Part shown: piece after piece, positions 25,806 to 40,726 of the stretch
How positions within the stretch are numbered: position 1 is the stretch's first letter
How the letters are laid out: each line of letters begins with the position of its first letter
Assembly: GCA_951406725.2 (NCBI GenBank)
Contig: OX597822.1
Span: 109,368,001-109,432,000, forward strand
Reading direction: 5' to 3'
Length of the DNA stretch: 64,000 bases
Source: Octopus vulgaris
Taxonomy: Eukaryota
Translations under genes and position numbers: made by a program
Notes under the pieces: generated by a model
What the model saw: the letters and a program-made list of their open reading frames with translations, nothing else
What the model was told of the DNA's origin: nothing
Database searches by the model: none

Positions 25806-27469
25806 GATGTAATCCTATATTTAATCCGAACTTCTACTGCAACACCAAGTTGTTATTTACGTGGTTTGTTTTGGTGATTTTTTGGGGCCTTATTAAAAGG
25901 AGTCTACGTATGACATACTCTACTTAGCAGTACAATAGCTTATATTATCCGATTAATGCACCAAGCACTGCTGTAGTCTATATACATTCATAACTACTGC
26001 GGCTTTGGTTATATATTTATCTGCATGTTTTGAATCATACCTTTATGCTTTTATAATTGTAGGGATTTTCTATTTTCTGGCCCCACTTTTGAGTTATTTA
26101 AATTTGAAGTTTGTTGCATGGCTCTATTTTGTCTTATATATCTGCTTGGCTTAAAATGTCGATTAGGAGTCCCATTTTTCTATTAGAGTGGCATACAAGT
26201 TTCCCTTGCATTCAGTTACGCCACTTCACATATAGATTTCATATACTAAAACAGGATAAAATGTAGCGTTTCGTTATTTGTAGTTGGTAAATAAATACCA
26301 AATGCACATTAGTGACACTGTTATGAAATAAAATATCTTTAAGCACTTGCTTCCTTTTGCTTACATTAAAAATCGAAGAATGTTTTTCGTTTCATTTTTT
26401 TCATATTAAAGTTATGGCTATGGTTTCTACAATTAATTCCGTTTGCGTCTTTGATGTAGGAGATATCAAATTCTGAAAGAAATTCCGCTAAATAGTAAGA
26501 ACTTTTTTCTATGAAAGTGCTTAACACCTGTCAACTCTGAATATCTAATAACATCTGAATTTTACTCGTCAATTAAAACTGTAGATTTCAAGAAGGATTT
26601 ACAACTATCTCTCAATTGCTCATGTGATATAACGTTAGAATTTATTTTTTATGCTACCTAATTGGAAGATATTCTCTTTCTGATTCTTAATATAACGATA
26701 GGAAACGCTTTCAAAATTTCGATCTAGATAATCACATTTGTAGCTTTTTGCAGAGTTGACACACTTATTATGACAGAATGGTTTTTCACTTTCAAGACTA
26801 TATACGCAAAAATGACACTCTTGCTATTCCTTTTTCTCTCTATGCCTGTATACATATACATACATGAATGCATACATACATACAAACAAAAATATACTGT
26901 TGTTGATGTTGAAATTCCAATGAAGCCGTTTTGGATCTAGGTTAGAAACCGGTTCTTTATCTATTGGCATGTAGTCTTGAAATAAACTGAATAATGACAC
27001 ACATACATACATACATGGTGTGTTTTGGTAGGGGGAATGAGATACACATAGAAACACACAAAAAACCTGAAGAGATATATATATATATATATGTATGTAT
27101 ATATTATGTATATATATATATTTTTTAACATTTCTGGAGAACACAAACACATACATAAATATACGTACATGTAGATAAATAGGGGCCAGAAGGATTTAAA
27201 TTATATGAGGTATGACCAATACAAAAAATAAAATCATAATAAAAATTATATATATATATATATATAAAGGTGCCCCCCTTCGGTCATGAATGGCCATGGG
27301 ACTGCACCTAGAAAGAACCCTCTGAAGAACAAGAAGAAGAAGAAGAAGAAGAAGAAGAACAAGAAGAACAATGCATACCAGAAGAAGAAGAAGAAGAACA
27401 AGAAGAAGAAGAAGAAGAAGAAGAAGAAGAAGAACAAGAAGAAGAAGAAGAAGAAGAATATACACTTGT

Positions 27470-27883
27470 CAGGACCCACGGCTGCCGTATGCCTTAGGCA
27501 AAATGGTTTGTTTTTTCATACACTTGGCCCCAGATCCAAACCCACTGCATCATGACCAAATTCGACTTTAGTCCATTGCTAAGAGTTAAGTATACAAATG
27601 TCCAGAATTAAATGATGAGGATATTTTTATGTATATGGAATCAAATATTTACACGCCTGGCACAACCTGTTCCATGCCCACTTGCCTGACAATTACCTCA
27701 GGGGGTAAATGCCTGTGGAATTCACCACCACATACAAGTTAAGTCAGAAGAGACCTAATTTGCAAGATTATAAATATTTGCGTGAACGACTAGCAAGGAT
27801 TTACCGGAGATCCGACATTGCAGTAAAATACATATTGTGTTTAAATAAGTTAAATGAAAATCATCCGTAATTTATGCACGGTT

Positions 27884-27919
<36 letters not shown>

Positions 27920-28557
27920 CAATTTATTCGGTCATGAATGATCATGGGACTGCATCTAGAAAGTTACCCTCCGAGGCACAAGTCCGGGTAAGTTTGTTTA
28001 TGGAAGACCAGCAGTCACCCATGCATACCAGCCTTCGTCTCCACGTCACTGTCGTTATCGAAGGGAAAATGAAAGGCCGATACAGCTTGGAACCAGTGAC
28101 GTCGCAACTCATTTCAGGAGGCCCACGGCTGCCGTATGCCTTAGGCAAAATGGTTTGTTTTTCTACACTTGGCCCCAGATCCAAACTTACACTGCATCAT
28201 GATCAAATTGTATTTTCCATTGCTAGGAGCAGAACTTATTGATTAAGTACTGAAACTGTCGAATCATGGGAAATGTATATGGAATCAAATATTTACACGC
28301 CTGGCACAACCTGTTCCATGCCCACTTGCCTGACAATTACCTCAGGGGGTAAATGCCTGTAGAATTCACCACCACATACAAGTTAAGTCAGAAGAGACCT
28401 AATTTGCAAATTATTATTATTTGCGTGAACGACTAGCAACATTACCGGAGATCCGACATTGCAGTAAAATACATATTGTGTTTAAATAAGTTTTTTTTCT
28501 CCGTAATTTATAACGGTTCTTTGTTTATTACAACTGAAACAAATGACAATTTATTCG
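27470..28557 (+). repeat. Imperfect direct duplication, ~650-bp period (27470-27930 vs 28118-28557)
   Basis: Long identical blocks alternating with unalignable patches. Confidence 0.85.
27928..28115 (-). mobile_element. Family C SINE 3' part
   Basis: Aligns with 59323-59511. Confidence 0.8.
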
Positions 28558-28897
28558 TAATTTGAAAATACTTACTAGCGTGCTTTTGTTTGTGAATAGA
28601 GCAAGCAGCTGTCACTGAAGGGCAGCATGACCAAACATGCAAGGCAATTAATCAATGAAATCAATACTCTTTCTTGCTTCCGTTAAAAATCTAAAACCTC
28701 TTTTTTTTCTTACATAGTTTTCTACTCTCTTTTCGCAACACTTACCGTAACTCGCACTGTCACTAATTTTCTCTTCTCCACGTCATCTAGCAGTACTTAT
28801 GCATATATATATATATAAATATACACATACAAATATATAAATACGTACGCATATACATTATTCATATCAATGGACATTTGTGTGTGTGTATGTGTGC

Positions 28898-28928
<31 letters not shown>

Positions 28929-31179
28929 CTCGTCATAAATGCATCTTTTATGTATATGGACATGGATGTAGTTCCGTGCAAATACGATATTATAGATATA
29001 TAGATAATATGTATATATAAATGCATGTATTTACAAGTACACCATTATTCGCGTTAACTAGTCAACGATATAGTTTCTATAGATTTTTGAAGAAATTTAA
29101 GATGAATTACGTATTTATGTGTCGTAGCAGCTGTTCCCAAGAAAAGAAGATTTAAAAACTACATCTTCAATAGACACGAAACCCTTTACATCAATATCAT
29201 CTCTAGCAGGTGTTGATCTTGTCGTTACTGAATGAAAGCTTAATCACCTACTAAATAAAGATATTCCTCTGTAAAATCATAATCATTTATCGATATCTTA
29301 CTCTGAATGAAACATCAGACACTTTGTAAAGATGTAAAACCTTCTTCAAAGGAGCTATTGATATTAATGAAATGCTGTTACTATGCATGCAATTCTCTTA
29401 GGCGTCAGATTGCTAAACCTACGATATTATTTCAGTGTATCTGGTAAATATACAGCATCAAGCATTGAAGTAAAAAGCATTGAAGTAAAAACTTGCAGTG
29501 ACCAATATAGTCAGCCAGTCGATAATCCTTCAGTTACGACTGCGATATCAATTGTTAAATACTGTCAGGTGTGTCTTCATTAAATCCCTTTCTTCTGAGC
29601 ACGATTGTCTACTTGAATATATTTCTCATTTTTTTTCTTTTTATTATTAACAGTCTATAATTGACAATATATAAATTGAACAACATCTCATGTACACTCT
29701 ATGAAATGGTTGAGTTACACTTTTCTCATACAATATATATATATAGTCTTATTGGTGTTGGCATAAAATTGTTTGCTTATGATACAAATGATGCATTATA
29801 AAAAATAAATCCGATTTATTCACATTGGTGTAACAGCAAGTTTCCCCTGTAACAGACAACGATTAATAAATAATTAGCTAAACTAAGCAGTTAATTTATT
29901 TACTAATTTACTTCTTGTATACGATGCTTGAAAAACATGCTATTATGTGAATCCTAACGGGCAGTGTAAGTCTAGGAGTAAATATCTGAAGGTATGTAAA
30001 TGCCCATGCTATTTGATACGTCTTCCATGATTGCATCTTTATAATTATTGCAGGTGTTGACGAAATATAATTCGACTTCTGAGATTTTGTAGGCTTCAAC
30101 AGTCGATATTTTTTTGATCAATTGTAAGTTTACAATACTGATGCTATTTCCAGTGTTGGTTTTTAAATTAATTCATGAAATGTTTCAAAAATCTAACTGC
30201 ATATTTGCCACTCATAAGGCTTACCATACCCATACCTATATTTAAGGAATTTGATTTTTATCCGAAGTATTTCTCGCTGCAAAATTCATTGTTTGTTATT
30301 AATCATGCATTCCTAATCAGAACATCAAACAGTTCATTATCTTCCATTTTACAGAGGCGGTGATTATTCATTTAGTTAAGTGACTTAGTAGTATTCATTA
30401 CAACACAAATATTAATTTAGACATTTATAACACTTATGGTGAAACATTTTCCGAAACTCTATGGACTTACAAATGGCTGAGATTTATAATTAGTATAATT
30501 GGGACTGGCAGATGTAATACTATTATGAAACAAATCTAGAGCTATTTACGTTACAGATGCTATGGAACGAAATGAATAGATAGATGCTATACGTAAATAT
30601 ATACCTGTCTGATAATTAACCTGTGTGATGATTATATCAATTTTTTCAATCACGAATTTTCTTTCTATATTTAGTATGTCGTCACATGATTTATATATAA
30701 AATTGTGTTTTGAGCAAACAATTAAATGTTTGTTGTATAAATGCTATGTTTAGATGCCTAACTAACGTTTACATCTCTGTTGATATTAACACATGTCGTG
30801 CTTTTATTTGCTATGCTATTTCAGAGGATTTCAAAATATATCTAGTTCTCATTTTTGTAGACATAAATAATTAAATTTGAACAGAGTGGGTAATTATTTA
30901 TTTGTCTGCATTTGGATCTGGAAAACCGTCAGTGGATTTTATCTGATAAACATTTCAAGTACTTTGAAACTGGATAGATTTGATATTAAGTGTGTATATT
31001 CCTGGCGTGCTAGGTGTGTACTGCACACCCTTGCAAAATGGAAAAGTCCTTATAAACATTAACCTTACTGATTTATTTATTCAAAGATCATAATGGAAAA
31101 GTTTGGTTATACTCCAGCTTGAAATTTGGTGTCATTGGGTATTGCAGCTCACCAAATACAACAACGACAATATGCCACT

Positions 31180-31243
<64 letters not shown>

Positions 31244-31449
31244 CACACACTGTACAAACATGTATATATATATATATAAGCATGGTGGCTGTAAATGACT
31301 CACGGACGTGTACGACCATCACTGACAAATTATCAGTTGGTATGCATTAAAAGGCAATGCTTGTCAGCAATACCTATGCTGCAATTTAAAGTCAATGACA
31401 TCTTGCAAAACACTAAAAATAATTACCCACAACTCCTCTCAGTCCATAT

Positions 31450-32000
31450 ACCTATTTCTTTACTGCCGACAAGGGGTTAAACACAGAGGAGACAAACAAG
31501 GACAGACAGACGGATTAAGTCGATTATAACGACCCCAGTGCGTAACTGGTACTTAATTTATCGACCCCGAAAGGATGAAAAGCAAAGTCGACCTCGGGGG
31601 AATTTGAACTCACTATGTGGCGGCAGACGAAATACATATTTCGTTACTACCCACAAGGGGCGCGGCGGAATTTGAATTCAGAACGTAGAGGCAAACAAAA
31701 TAACGCTAAGCATTTCGCCCGGCGTGCTAACATTTCTGCCAGCTCGCCGTCTATCTCAGTTCATATACCTATTTCGTTATTACCCACAAGGGGCTAAACA
31801 TAGAGGGGACAAACAAGGACAAACATAGGTATTAAGTCGATTACATCGACCCCAGGGCGTAACTGGTACTTAATTTATCGACCCCGAAAGGATGAAAGGC
31901 AAAGTCGACCTCGGCGTAATTTAGACTCACAACGTAACGGCAGACGAAATACCGCAAAGAATTTCGCCCGGCGTGCTAACGCTTCTGCCAGCTCGCCGCC
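31450..32000 (-). mobile_element. Two tandem family B SINEs
   Basis: Two family B bodies separated by repeated ctcagt(c/t)catatacc target sequence. Confidence 0.9.
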
Positions 32001-32329
32001 TGCCAGCTCAGTTCATATACCGTCGAGGAAAACTGTTTCCCTGTTTCGTGTACGGGTTGGACACGAGTCGATGTAATTCACTTACACTTCCCTTAATATT
32101 GCTGATTTTTTGCCAAAGTTTGAAACCGTTATTTTGGTCATTCAGTGAAAGTACCAAGTTATTTAGAAAATAATGCTTGAGAAAATGCTTTGTGGGAGTT
32201 TTACCAGATTCGGCTTTTTATTTTCTCAGTTCAAATCGTGTGATCTCAACTACTAGCATTTCAAGCCTTATGTCTTTGGAATATACATTAAAATGATGAA
32301 GTCCGTTTTAAATTGAAACGCATGTGACA

Positions 32330-32420
<91 letters not shown>

Positions 32421-34497
32421 CTGTATGTCTGTCGGTATGTCTTTCTATATACATATATAAATATATATATATTTATCTATATACATATATATGTCCGAGT
32501 TTGCATTTATGTGTGTGTATGTTTGTATCAGTGCGAGCGTGTGCACACGTGTGTGTGTGTGTGTGTATGTGTGTGTATCTGTATCTATTTATGTGCGCTT
32601 TTAAATATACTATTTTAGAGACATGACGCTAAAATAATTCATAAAATAATTTCGAAAATCTCAGTCTCGAGAATGGAGAACGAATAAGTATACTGTTTCA
32701 ACTTTCTCTAGCAGATGTAAATATTTATTTCTAAAACTTTCAATACCTTGTAGCAGAGGATGTGTGTCCTACTATAAAACAATAGCTGAAATTACTTTGA
32801 ATCTTATCCATACACTACTTAGTCATTTCGCTGTTCAGCATGTGATTAATAATTCTAATTATGGAATTATTGAAGGAATAATATATTCATTTTCTTAAGC
32901 AGTGCGCGATATATTAAGTGTTGGTAGCAGTAATATCGTAACATTTTATTAATTGCCAAAAGTTAATTATTACTACCTGGAATATAATCAAATTTGTAAT
33001 ATATTTTTCATTATACTTCATTTTCTCGAATATAAATGATTAAATATTTTATGCACTTCTAGTAACGCAAGAAGGATGACAAAAAACAACTGCTCCCGGA
33101 GAGAAGATGCTATCACGGTGGCCGCTTTGTGTGTAGATTTGCTAAACTAAAGTTATTTCCGAAGCTTTGTTCATAAAGAAAAATACCTATGGGGAAATTT
33201 GGAGTAGATTTAAACATCAGAAATGGACGCCGTATTTCTTGACACCTTCTTTAGTTGAATATCTTCAGTTTACATTAAATTCGTAGGCAACTAACAAGAA
33301 GCCGAAATATATTTCAGTCTTTCGTACAACCAATAGTGATATTATTTAATCAACTATTTATATTATTATTAATGCTACCAGCGTTCAACTCATTGTTATT
33401 AGGTGATATATTGTATTAGGCTGCTTTTGAGAATAACACATAATTTTCTATATGTTGAATGCGGAGCAGGTGTAAATAAACGTCTATGGAATGTATTTGT
33501 TATACAAGTAAATATGATGTAAATCTTGGAATGTTGAACGAAAGGCAGTATTTCTTTTATTTATTCATTTTTTTCTTAGAGCCAAATACAAACTAATTGT
33601 TACAAACACATTCCTAAATTAAGGAAAAGCCATAAATCTAATATCAATGTTGTCCATTAAGTAATATCTATTCAAGCATTTCTAGACGCTGATAAAATGT
33701 ATGATGCTTTCAGGAAAGACACCATATTAAGTAGACATAACTCTGTACTTCACTACAAGATAGTATCGAGTTATGGAGTGTTAATAATAGCCAAGCTTTG
33801 AAAAGAGTCACGCACGCAATTGTGTATTCTACACTGCAACAGAAAATTCACAAACAAAGAAGCAAGAGATAACAGAAAACAGAAAACAAGCAACACAAAA
33901 TATTAGAAATAATAGTAACTTTATCTACGACACTAAAAATGTAATAGAAAACAATCTAATCAAAATTTTCTTAAAATATCATTGCATCTCAATCGTGATA
34001 GTTAGCAAAAGAATTGGCTGGCAGTTAGCGTAAGAAGAGTCCATCACAATAACGTCAGTGTTTTTAGATTTTATAAATAACCTTGCTGATAATTAATTGA
34101 TTTTCATAGTATGTGTTCTTTCTGTTTAGAGATTTGATACGAAGAAAGCAATTGTAGAAAGTCTCTAGGCGCATTCAGTGGTTTAGTTTTCGAGAGTTTG
34201 GTGACTTTAGAAATCAGCATTTTATTTTTGTGAGAAACAAAAATCAAATAAAACAGAATGAGTCTTCCTAGATTATATGTTTTTTTTTTTTTGGTTGTTT
34301 GTTTTAGATGAATGTATCCAATGTTGATGATACCTGTTAGGAAATAGTTGATTTTTCTTAGATGCGAATATACGGCTTTCATGCATCAATGCTACACAAT
34401 GAATCATTGGACTTGTTTACATGGATAGACATTAGTAAACACCTGCTGTCTATATTGTGAGCAAATGTTAATGTGAAATATTATTATTATTATTATT

Positions 34498-36128
34498 CAG
34501 TAGTTTTATTTTTTATAGCGTGCTTTCACTTCACTACCGAGCGCAGCTCTGTGTGCCTTGGGTATGTGCTGTAGATTTGTTGTGATGCTCTGATGGTTAT
34601 TGTATGGAAAGTGTTCTGTGTAGGATGTGTGCAGTGCCTAGTAGTGCAATTTTCTGTATGTTATATGTGTTTGTAAGTCCTGGTGTTTTTGTTATGTATT
34701 TGTCTGAATATTTTTTTATCATGCCTAATGCACCTACTATGATAGGAATTGTTTCTGTTTTTAGATTCCACATTCTAGTTACCTCTATTTCCAGGTCTTT
34801 GTATTTTGAGAGTTTCTCCATTTCTTTTAGAGACACGTTGTCATCTGCCGGTATTGATACATCAATTAGAAAGCATCTTTTTTTCTTCATGATCTCTGAC
34901 AACTATATCTGGTCTGTTGGCCTTAATTTCTCTATCTGTGTGTATCGGCATATCCCAGAGTATGGTTGCTTTCTCGTTTTCTGTGACCTTTTCTGGTGTG
35001 TGCCTATACCATCTTTTTTTCTGTTGTTATTCCATAATGTTGGCATAGCTTCCAATGTATGTAGGTTCCAACTCTGTCATGTCTGTGAATATATTCCTTC
35101 TTAGCCAGGACTGGGCAGCTAGAGATAATATGATTTATTGTTTCTTGTCCATCTCCACATATTCTGCAGTTACTTGTAATGTTTCTTTTCATTACATGTT
35201 TTTGGTAATTTCTGGTGGGGAGGCTTTGGTCTTGTGCTGCAATTAAAAATCCCTATGTTTCTGCTTTGAGTCTTGAGCTTCTCAACCATTGCTGGGATTT
35301 TTCTTTGTCTATTTCTTTTGCGTTTAGTTAAGTGCAGTATTTACCATGAAGGGGCATTTCTTGCCATCGTTTTATCATGGTTCGTTGCTGTTCTATTTTT
35401 AGTTTGGATTTCATTTGTTTTATAGCTTTTGTTGTTTCTTCATCATCTTCTTCTTCTTCTTCGTGTTTATTAGGTGGTATGATTTCTTGTTTGTATTTGT
35501 CAGCTTCCTTAAATACTGAGAACAGTTTCTTTGTTTTGCTCGTGTTTTGCTGCTATCTGGATCAGTTTTCCTTCCTTCTGAAGTAGGTATTTTTGCAGTC
35601 CTATGGTGGTTATTTTATAGTAGTTTTCCAGCTGTATAAGGCCTCTACCACCTTCTATACGTTGTATATATAGTCTTTCTATGTCAGATTTTGGGTGATG
35701 CATCCTAGATCCTGTCAGTATTTTTCTTGTTTTCCTATCTATTTTGGACAGTTCATTTCGTGTCCAGTTAAGGATATTGTAGCTGTAACTTATAACTGGG
35801 ACAGCTAAAGTGTTGATACCTATTATCTTGTTTTTAGCATTGAGCTCTGTTTTTAGTATTGATCTAACTCGTCTATAATATTCTTTTTTAATTTTCTCTT
35901 TCATTTGTGTGTGTTGTGTCTTATCTAGTTCATGGATTCCTAAGTATTTGTCAGTTTGGCTTTGGTCTAATTATTTTATTTCATTGGTTTTATCTAGTGT
36001 GATGTTGTTACTCTTAACTAGTTTTCCTCTTTTCATGGTTACTTTGGCGCATTTTTCTAATCCAAATTTCATATTCCATTTCTTTGGAAAATCCATGAAC
36101 TGTCTTTAATAGTGTTTCCAGCTGTTTG

Positions 36129-36130
<2 letters not shown>
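34498..36130 (-). mobile_element. 5'-truncated R4/Dong-clade LINE (RT C-terminus, CCHC finger, restriction-like endonuclease)
   Basis: MHHPKSDIERLYI..GGRGL, CRICG...ETINHIISSC, RHDRV, LIDVSIP.D.N...KE.EK..KY.DL, PIIVGALG, QKIALLGTAHIL; flanked by (ATT)n on both sides. Confidence 0.93.
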
Positions 36131-36180
<50 letters not shown>

Positions 36181-36198
36181 CATCATCATCATTATTTT

Positions 36199-36253
<55 letters not shown>

Positions 36254-36429
36254 TGCAGTAGTAGTAGTAGTAATAGTAGTATAATGACAGCTAACAAGCA
36301 GAGAGTTAGCACTCTGAGTGAATGCTTAGCGGCTTGTCATCCGCCCTTTGGTTTTGTGTTGAAATTCCGGTGAGGTCGACAGTGGCTTTCATCCTTTTGT
36401 GGTACATGAAGTAAGTACCGGTTTCACAG

Positions 36430-36470
<41 letters not shown>

Positions 36471-36837
36471 GAGTGAGAGAGCAGTGCATGTGATGAAAGT
36501 GACCCTGGGGTAAAACGTACGAAACTCTGTAAATCCACCATGGCTACCCGTATGATAAGCGTACACCAGGCACATGCATCACAAATATATGTGCGCCACA
36601 TGGTGATCTCATATCAAGATAAAGAGAAAATAACCTTGCAGGTGGAGCCCAGAACAATATACATATCGTCAGCCACAAAGGGAAATGCTCAACTCATTAA
36701 GATCAATAAATTCTAGAGTACTGAGAAGAATATTTGCTGTATCCCATCTTTTATACCAAGACAAAATAACGTATATGATAACACTTCCAATAAGATCAAA
36801 AGCCATGAGAGCCACTGCTTGGTACTGCATCATGGCA
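36471..36837 (-). mobile_element. Diverged copy of the 18011-18583 repeat
   Basis: Reverse-complement similarity with an internal deletion; abuts (ATT)n. Confidence 0.8.
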
Positions 36838-39699
36838 GATATTATTATAAAGGCGTTGTTGTTGTTGTTTTTATTTTTCTTCTTTTTCATCATTTTCTTC
36901 CTATTTTTACTTACTTTCGATGTTGATCTTATCACCACTCTTAATATTCATATTCCCTGTAATTATAAGTACGGACACTACGTTGCGAAGTGGTTAGCTA
37001 AAAGCAGAGGCAATGGTAGAGGATAGAAAGTCTCTTTGGAGGAATGTAATGCCGAGTTAGGTTGAGGGATGGGGGAATATCAATGATATCTGAGGACATA
37101 TAATGACGCACTTTTGTTTATATACATCATAGATTGAAAACTTGTTAATGAACGTGGGCGTGTGGGTTGCAAGGTGGGTATGTCAGAGGCAGTAGATCTT
37201 TTTCTTTTATTATACTTATCGGTAAATTCATCCCAGATCACCCAATGCATGTTTTTTAGTGAAACTGACATTCTGTTTGCATTTAATGTATTATACTCCA
37301 TGTATTTATATTTGCTCTCAAGTAATTTTTATAACATCTAGCGCTGAAACTATATCTTGTACTGTTTTTACTAAAATACCCAGTGTCTTGTTCATAACAA
37401 TTCCAAGATTCTGGTAACAATTTTCCTTCACATTTATATTCTGGACATAAGGATAAAAGGCCATCTATCAGAAAGCCGACATATTCTTTGGAGTTCTCGA
37501 ATAATGTATATGGATTTTCTACATTTATAACCGTCTTAATTTTGACAAACCTGCCCCAACATGGTTACTGCTATTAGCGTGTCACAATTGGTACCTGAGG
37601 AATTTAAATCGTGTTTCGTGGCCTGCTACCACAAAGGTTCTTTTATAGGATCCACTTAGTTCAAGACATCATCAGGAGGGACTACGTCCCGTTTCCGCCC
37701 CTACTCCTCTACCGTTTTAACGCCCCCCCCCCTTCGAAGGTGTATTCAGCTCTGGTGTTGGATGTATGTCTTCTTTCTTTTCTTCTGTATCCCTGGCCTC
37801 TCTTAATTGCTTTTGATCTCTTATTTTAGTTCTTTATTCATATATTGTAGAATATGGTCCTATAATTACTGGAGCGTGTCTGGCAATTTATTCAGCCATT
37901 CCAAGTCATATATTGCCTTGATATATATGACCATTCGGCTCATTGAACCGCTTCTATCAACTTCATTCAATTTATCTTTTAGTTTATTAATTTTTAGTAA
38001 GTTCGCAATTATCTCTGCATATCGTCTCTGCAGCTACTATCAGATCATTTGTCTGTGTTTGTAGCCCGGAGCTCTTAATTTACCGCTGGCTTATTTTCCT
38101 TCTTGCTAACATCATTTCTCGCTAACTTTATTTCTGTCGTGACTTGCAGCCTATTGGCCTCGGAGTAATTTTCACTTATTTTCGTTAATATCATTTAACA
38201 ATTTATTTAGAATTTTACTTTCGTTTTTACCACTATCTTTAGATTTCTAAGCCAAAACTTTTCTTTCATTGTCGGTAAATTTTGATTTTTATTATATAAT
38301 TTACTTGCAAAGTAATAAAATGCTAATCGATTTTCTTTGCTTCTATCTAAGTATTTTTTTAATCCAGCTATTATCGTATTACAATATTAAACTTTCAGCA
38401 TTACACTCTACTTCTCATCTTTTCCTCTTAACTAGCTATATATAATTTATACCACTTTGTTGGGGGGCAGCCTTGAATTTGTATGCATAGTCTCTGAGGT
38501 GACATTACACATGGGGTCCTCCTTATTCATTTGAAGCTTATGTTCATAACTGAGATGCGGTATGTATTTATACCTATTATCTTACTTCTAGTATCTACCT
38601 GTACATCCCGCGGCAATATTTTCATGTCTCTTTTCGGGTGTGTTGAATTCGATCTATTTTATTTACTAAATTTTTGTCTATATTTCTAGTCTAAATACCT
38701 CCTTTTGTATATACTCCTTTTTACAATCCTCAATTTTAACATTTTCTGCTTTTACTCATTTTAACATAGCTTTACACATTTCTCTAATTCCATATTCGCA
38801 TCCTTTGTTAGGTTTGGAACAACTTCTTTTTTGTCCATCTGTGTATTGACACTTGTAAAAATTTTGTAATATCAATATACAGGAAGTGGTTTATGGTGTG
38901 TCTAAACAATTTATAGCCATTAGGGCAGCTTTTAAATATGTTCGCTTTGCTTTGTAGATATAGGTTATTTTCGATGTTGACATGACATGGTTGATATAAC
39001 TCGGAAGTATTGAAGCGACTTTATTTACGTAGCGTGTTTCCATTATCAAGAGTGCAGTATCTAATGAAATGTCTTTTTTTTATCGGTCATTAGACTAACT
39101 CTGATATCTAAAGTTGTTCCTTTTTCCTTTTGCTTTCTTTTTTTTATCATCTTACTGACAATACGCTTGTAGCACGTTTTTATTATATTAATTGACGAAG
39201 GTGTTGGTAGTGAAAATCGGGTGCGTGTGGTGCTAACGGGAGTCAATTATGCTAAAATGCTTTGTATAATTTTATTAGGTAAACACTATGTATCATAGGT
39301 GTTATGTTATTATAGCTGAAATTAATCAATATCGATTACGTTCGCTTGTGTGGATTGGTATGTGGATTAGTATGTACAATATGTTTTGTGAGGCAATTCT
39401 TATATTGATTATCCTGCGGCCCAGGATTAGTAGAAACATTTTTGATTGAGCGTGAATTATGAAACATTTAATGTTCATGATCGCATTATTTGCTTCGTCT
39501 TCCGCAATATCATGCCTAATGAACAAAATAATATTGAGACTCCTTCTTTGACATACTCTATTTACTTGTACCAATCAATTGAGTGCAGTCATCTTGGGGT
39601 ACTACGTAAAAGACTTTAGTCGATCAAACACACATACACATCATCACACACACACAACTCCACACACACACACAAATACACAAATACACACAATTATAT

Positions 39700-40083
39700 T
39701 CTTATAATCTTTTACAGGATTCAGTCATTTTACTGCGACGATACTGAGGAACCACCTTAGAGGAAATTTAATCGAACAAATCAACCCCAAGATTTATTCT
39801 TTGTAAGACTAGTAGTTATTCTATCAATATCTTTCTTCGAACCGCTTGCTAACGCAGACATAAATACACCAATTTCGGTTGTCAAGCAATGGTGGCTGAT
39901 AAACACAGACACACACACATAAACATATATACAATGGATTTCTTTCAGTTTCCGTCAACCAAATCCAATCGCAAGTCTTTGGCCGGCTTGAGAACATAGT
40001 AGATGATATTTGCCAAAGGTAGCACGCTGTGGAACTGAATCATGTGGTTGGGCATCAAGCTTCTTACCACACAGCCATGCCTA
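39700..40083 (-). mobile_element. Old family A-related SINE
   Basis: Diverged reverse complement of family A. Confidence 0.75.
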
Positions 40084-40634
40084 AATATGTGTGTGAGCAA
40101 GTGTGTGTGTGATTTTGTGTATGTGTGGGTGTGTGCGTGCGTTTGTTTGTGCGTATGTGTCTTTCGGCGTGTGTATGTTTGTGTAGATAGATAGACAGAC
40201 AGATAGATAGTGAGAGAGTGAGTGTCAAGAGATAAGGTCCACAGGCACTTAATATAGAAAATGCTTTGCGGCACTGAAATGATTTACAGATACAAACTGA
40301 AACCTTTAAAGAGGACCAGGTCCGCAAAGTAAAGTTTGGCTATAGCAGGGACCTAGATGAGGAGATGTGGAGACAGTGATGTACAAAAGCAAATAACGTT
40401 CCTTAATTTCGATATACAAAATATATGAACAAATTCTTTTTCCATTTATATGTATATAAGTATATATATTTTAATATCAAAGCCAAGCGATCTATATTCG
40501 TTGCAGGTCGTCTATTTACTAAATTGTTTCTCTCATTACTTTTATAACTATATTCCGAAACACCTTTTCCAATTTCTTTATGGAAACAATTTGCTTTGAC
40601 GTACCTTGTGTTACGTAACAATTTTGCTCATTCC

Positions 40635-40726
40635 ATGTGCGTAATGGATGCAGTTATCTGTTTCTGTGAGGTCATAATATTTGTTGCTATGTGTTTTGTA
40701 AATTTCACTGTGAGTTTTGGTATCAG
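40635..40726 (+). CDS. Candidate first coding exon (signal peptide) of the Cys-loop channel
   Basis: (MCV)MDAVICFCEVIIFVAMCFVNFTVSFGI + AG|GTGATA; hydrophobic core; phase-2 donor joins 63721 in frame (AG+T = Ser); possible acceptor ttgcag at 40506. Donor is only moderately strong. Confidence 0.6.

Noticed and set aside
27286-27571. Poly-K / poly-R protamine-like ORFs
   Set aside because: (GAA)n tract in a probably misassembled region.
37000-39000. Strand-skewed region suggesting an ancient retroelement ORF on minus
   Set aside because: No diagnostic motif could be recovered by hand translation.
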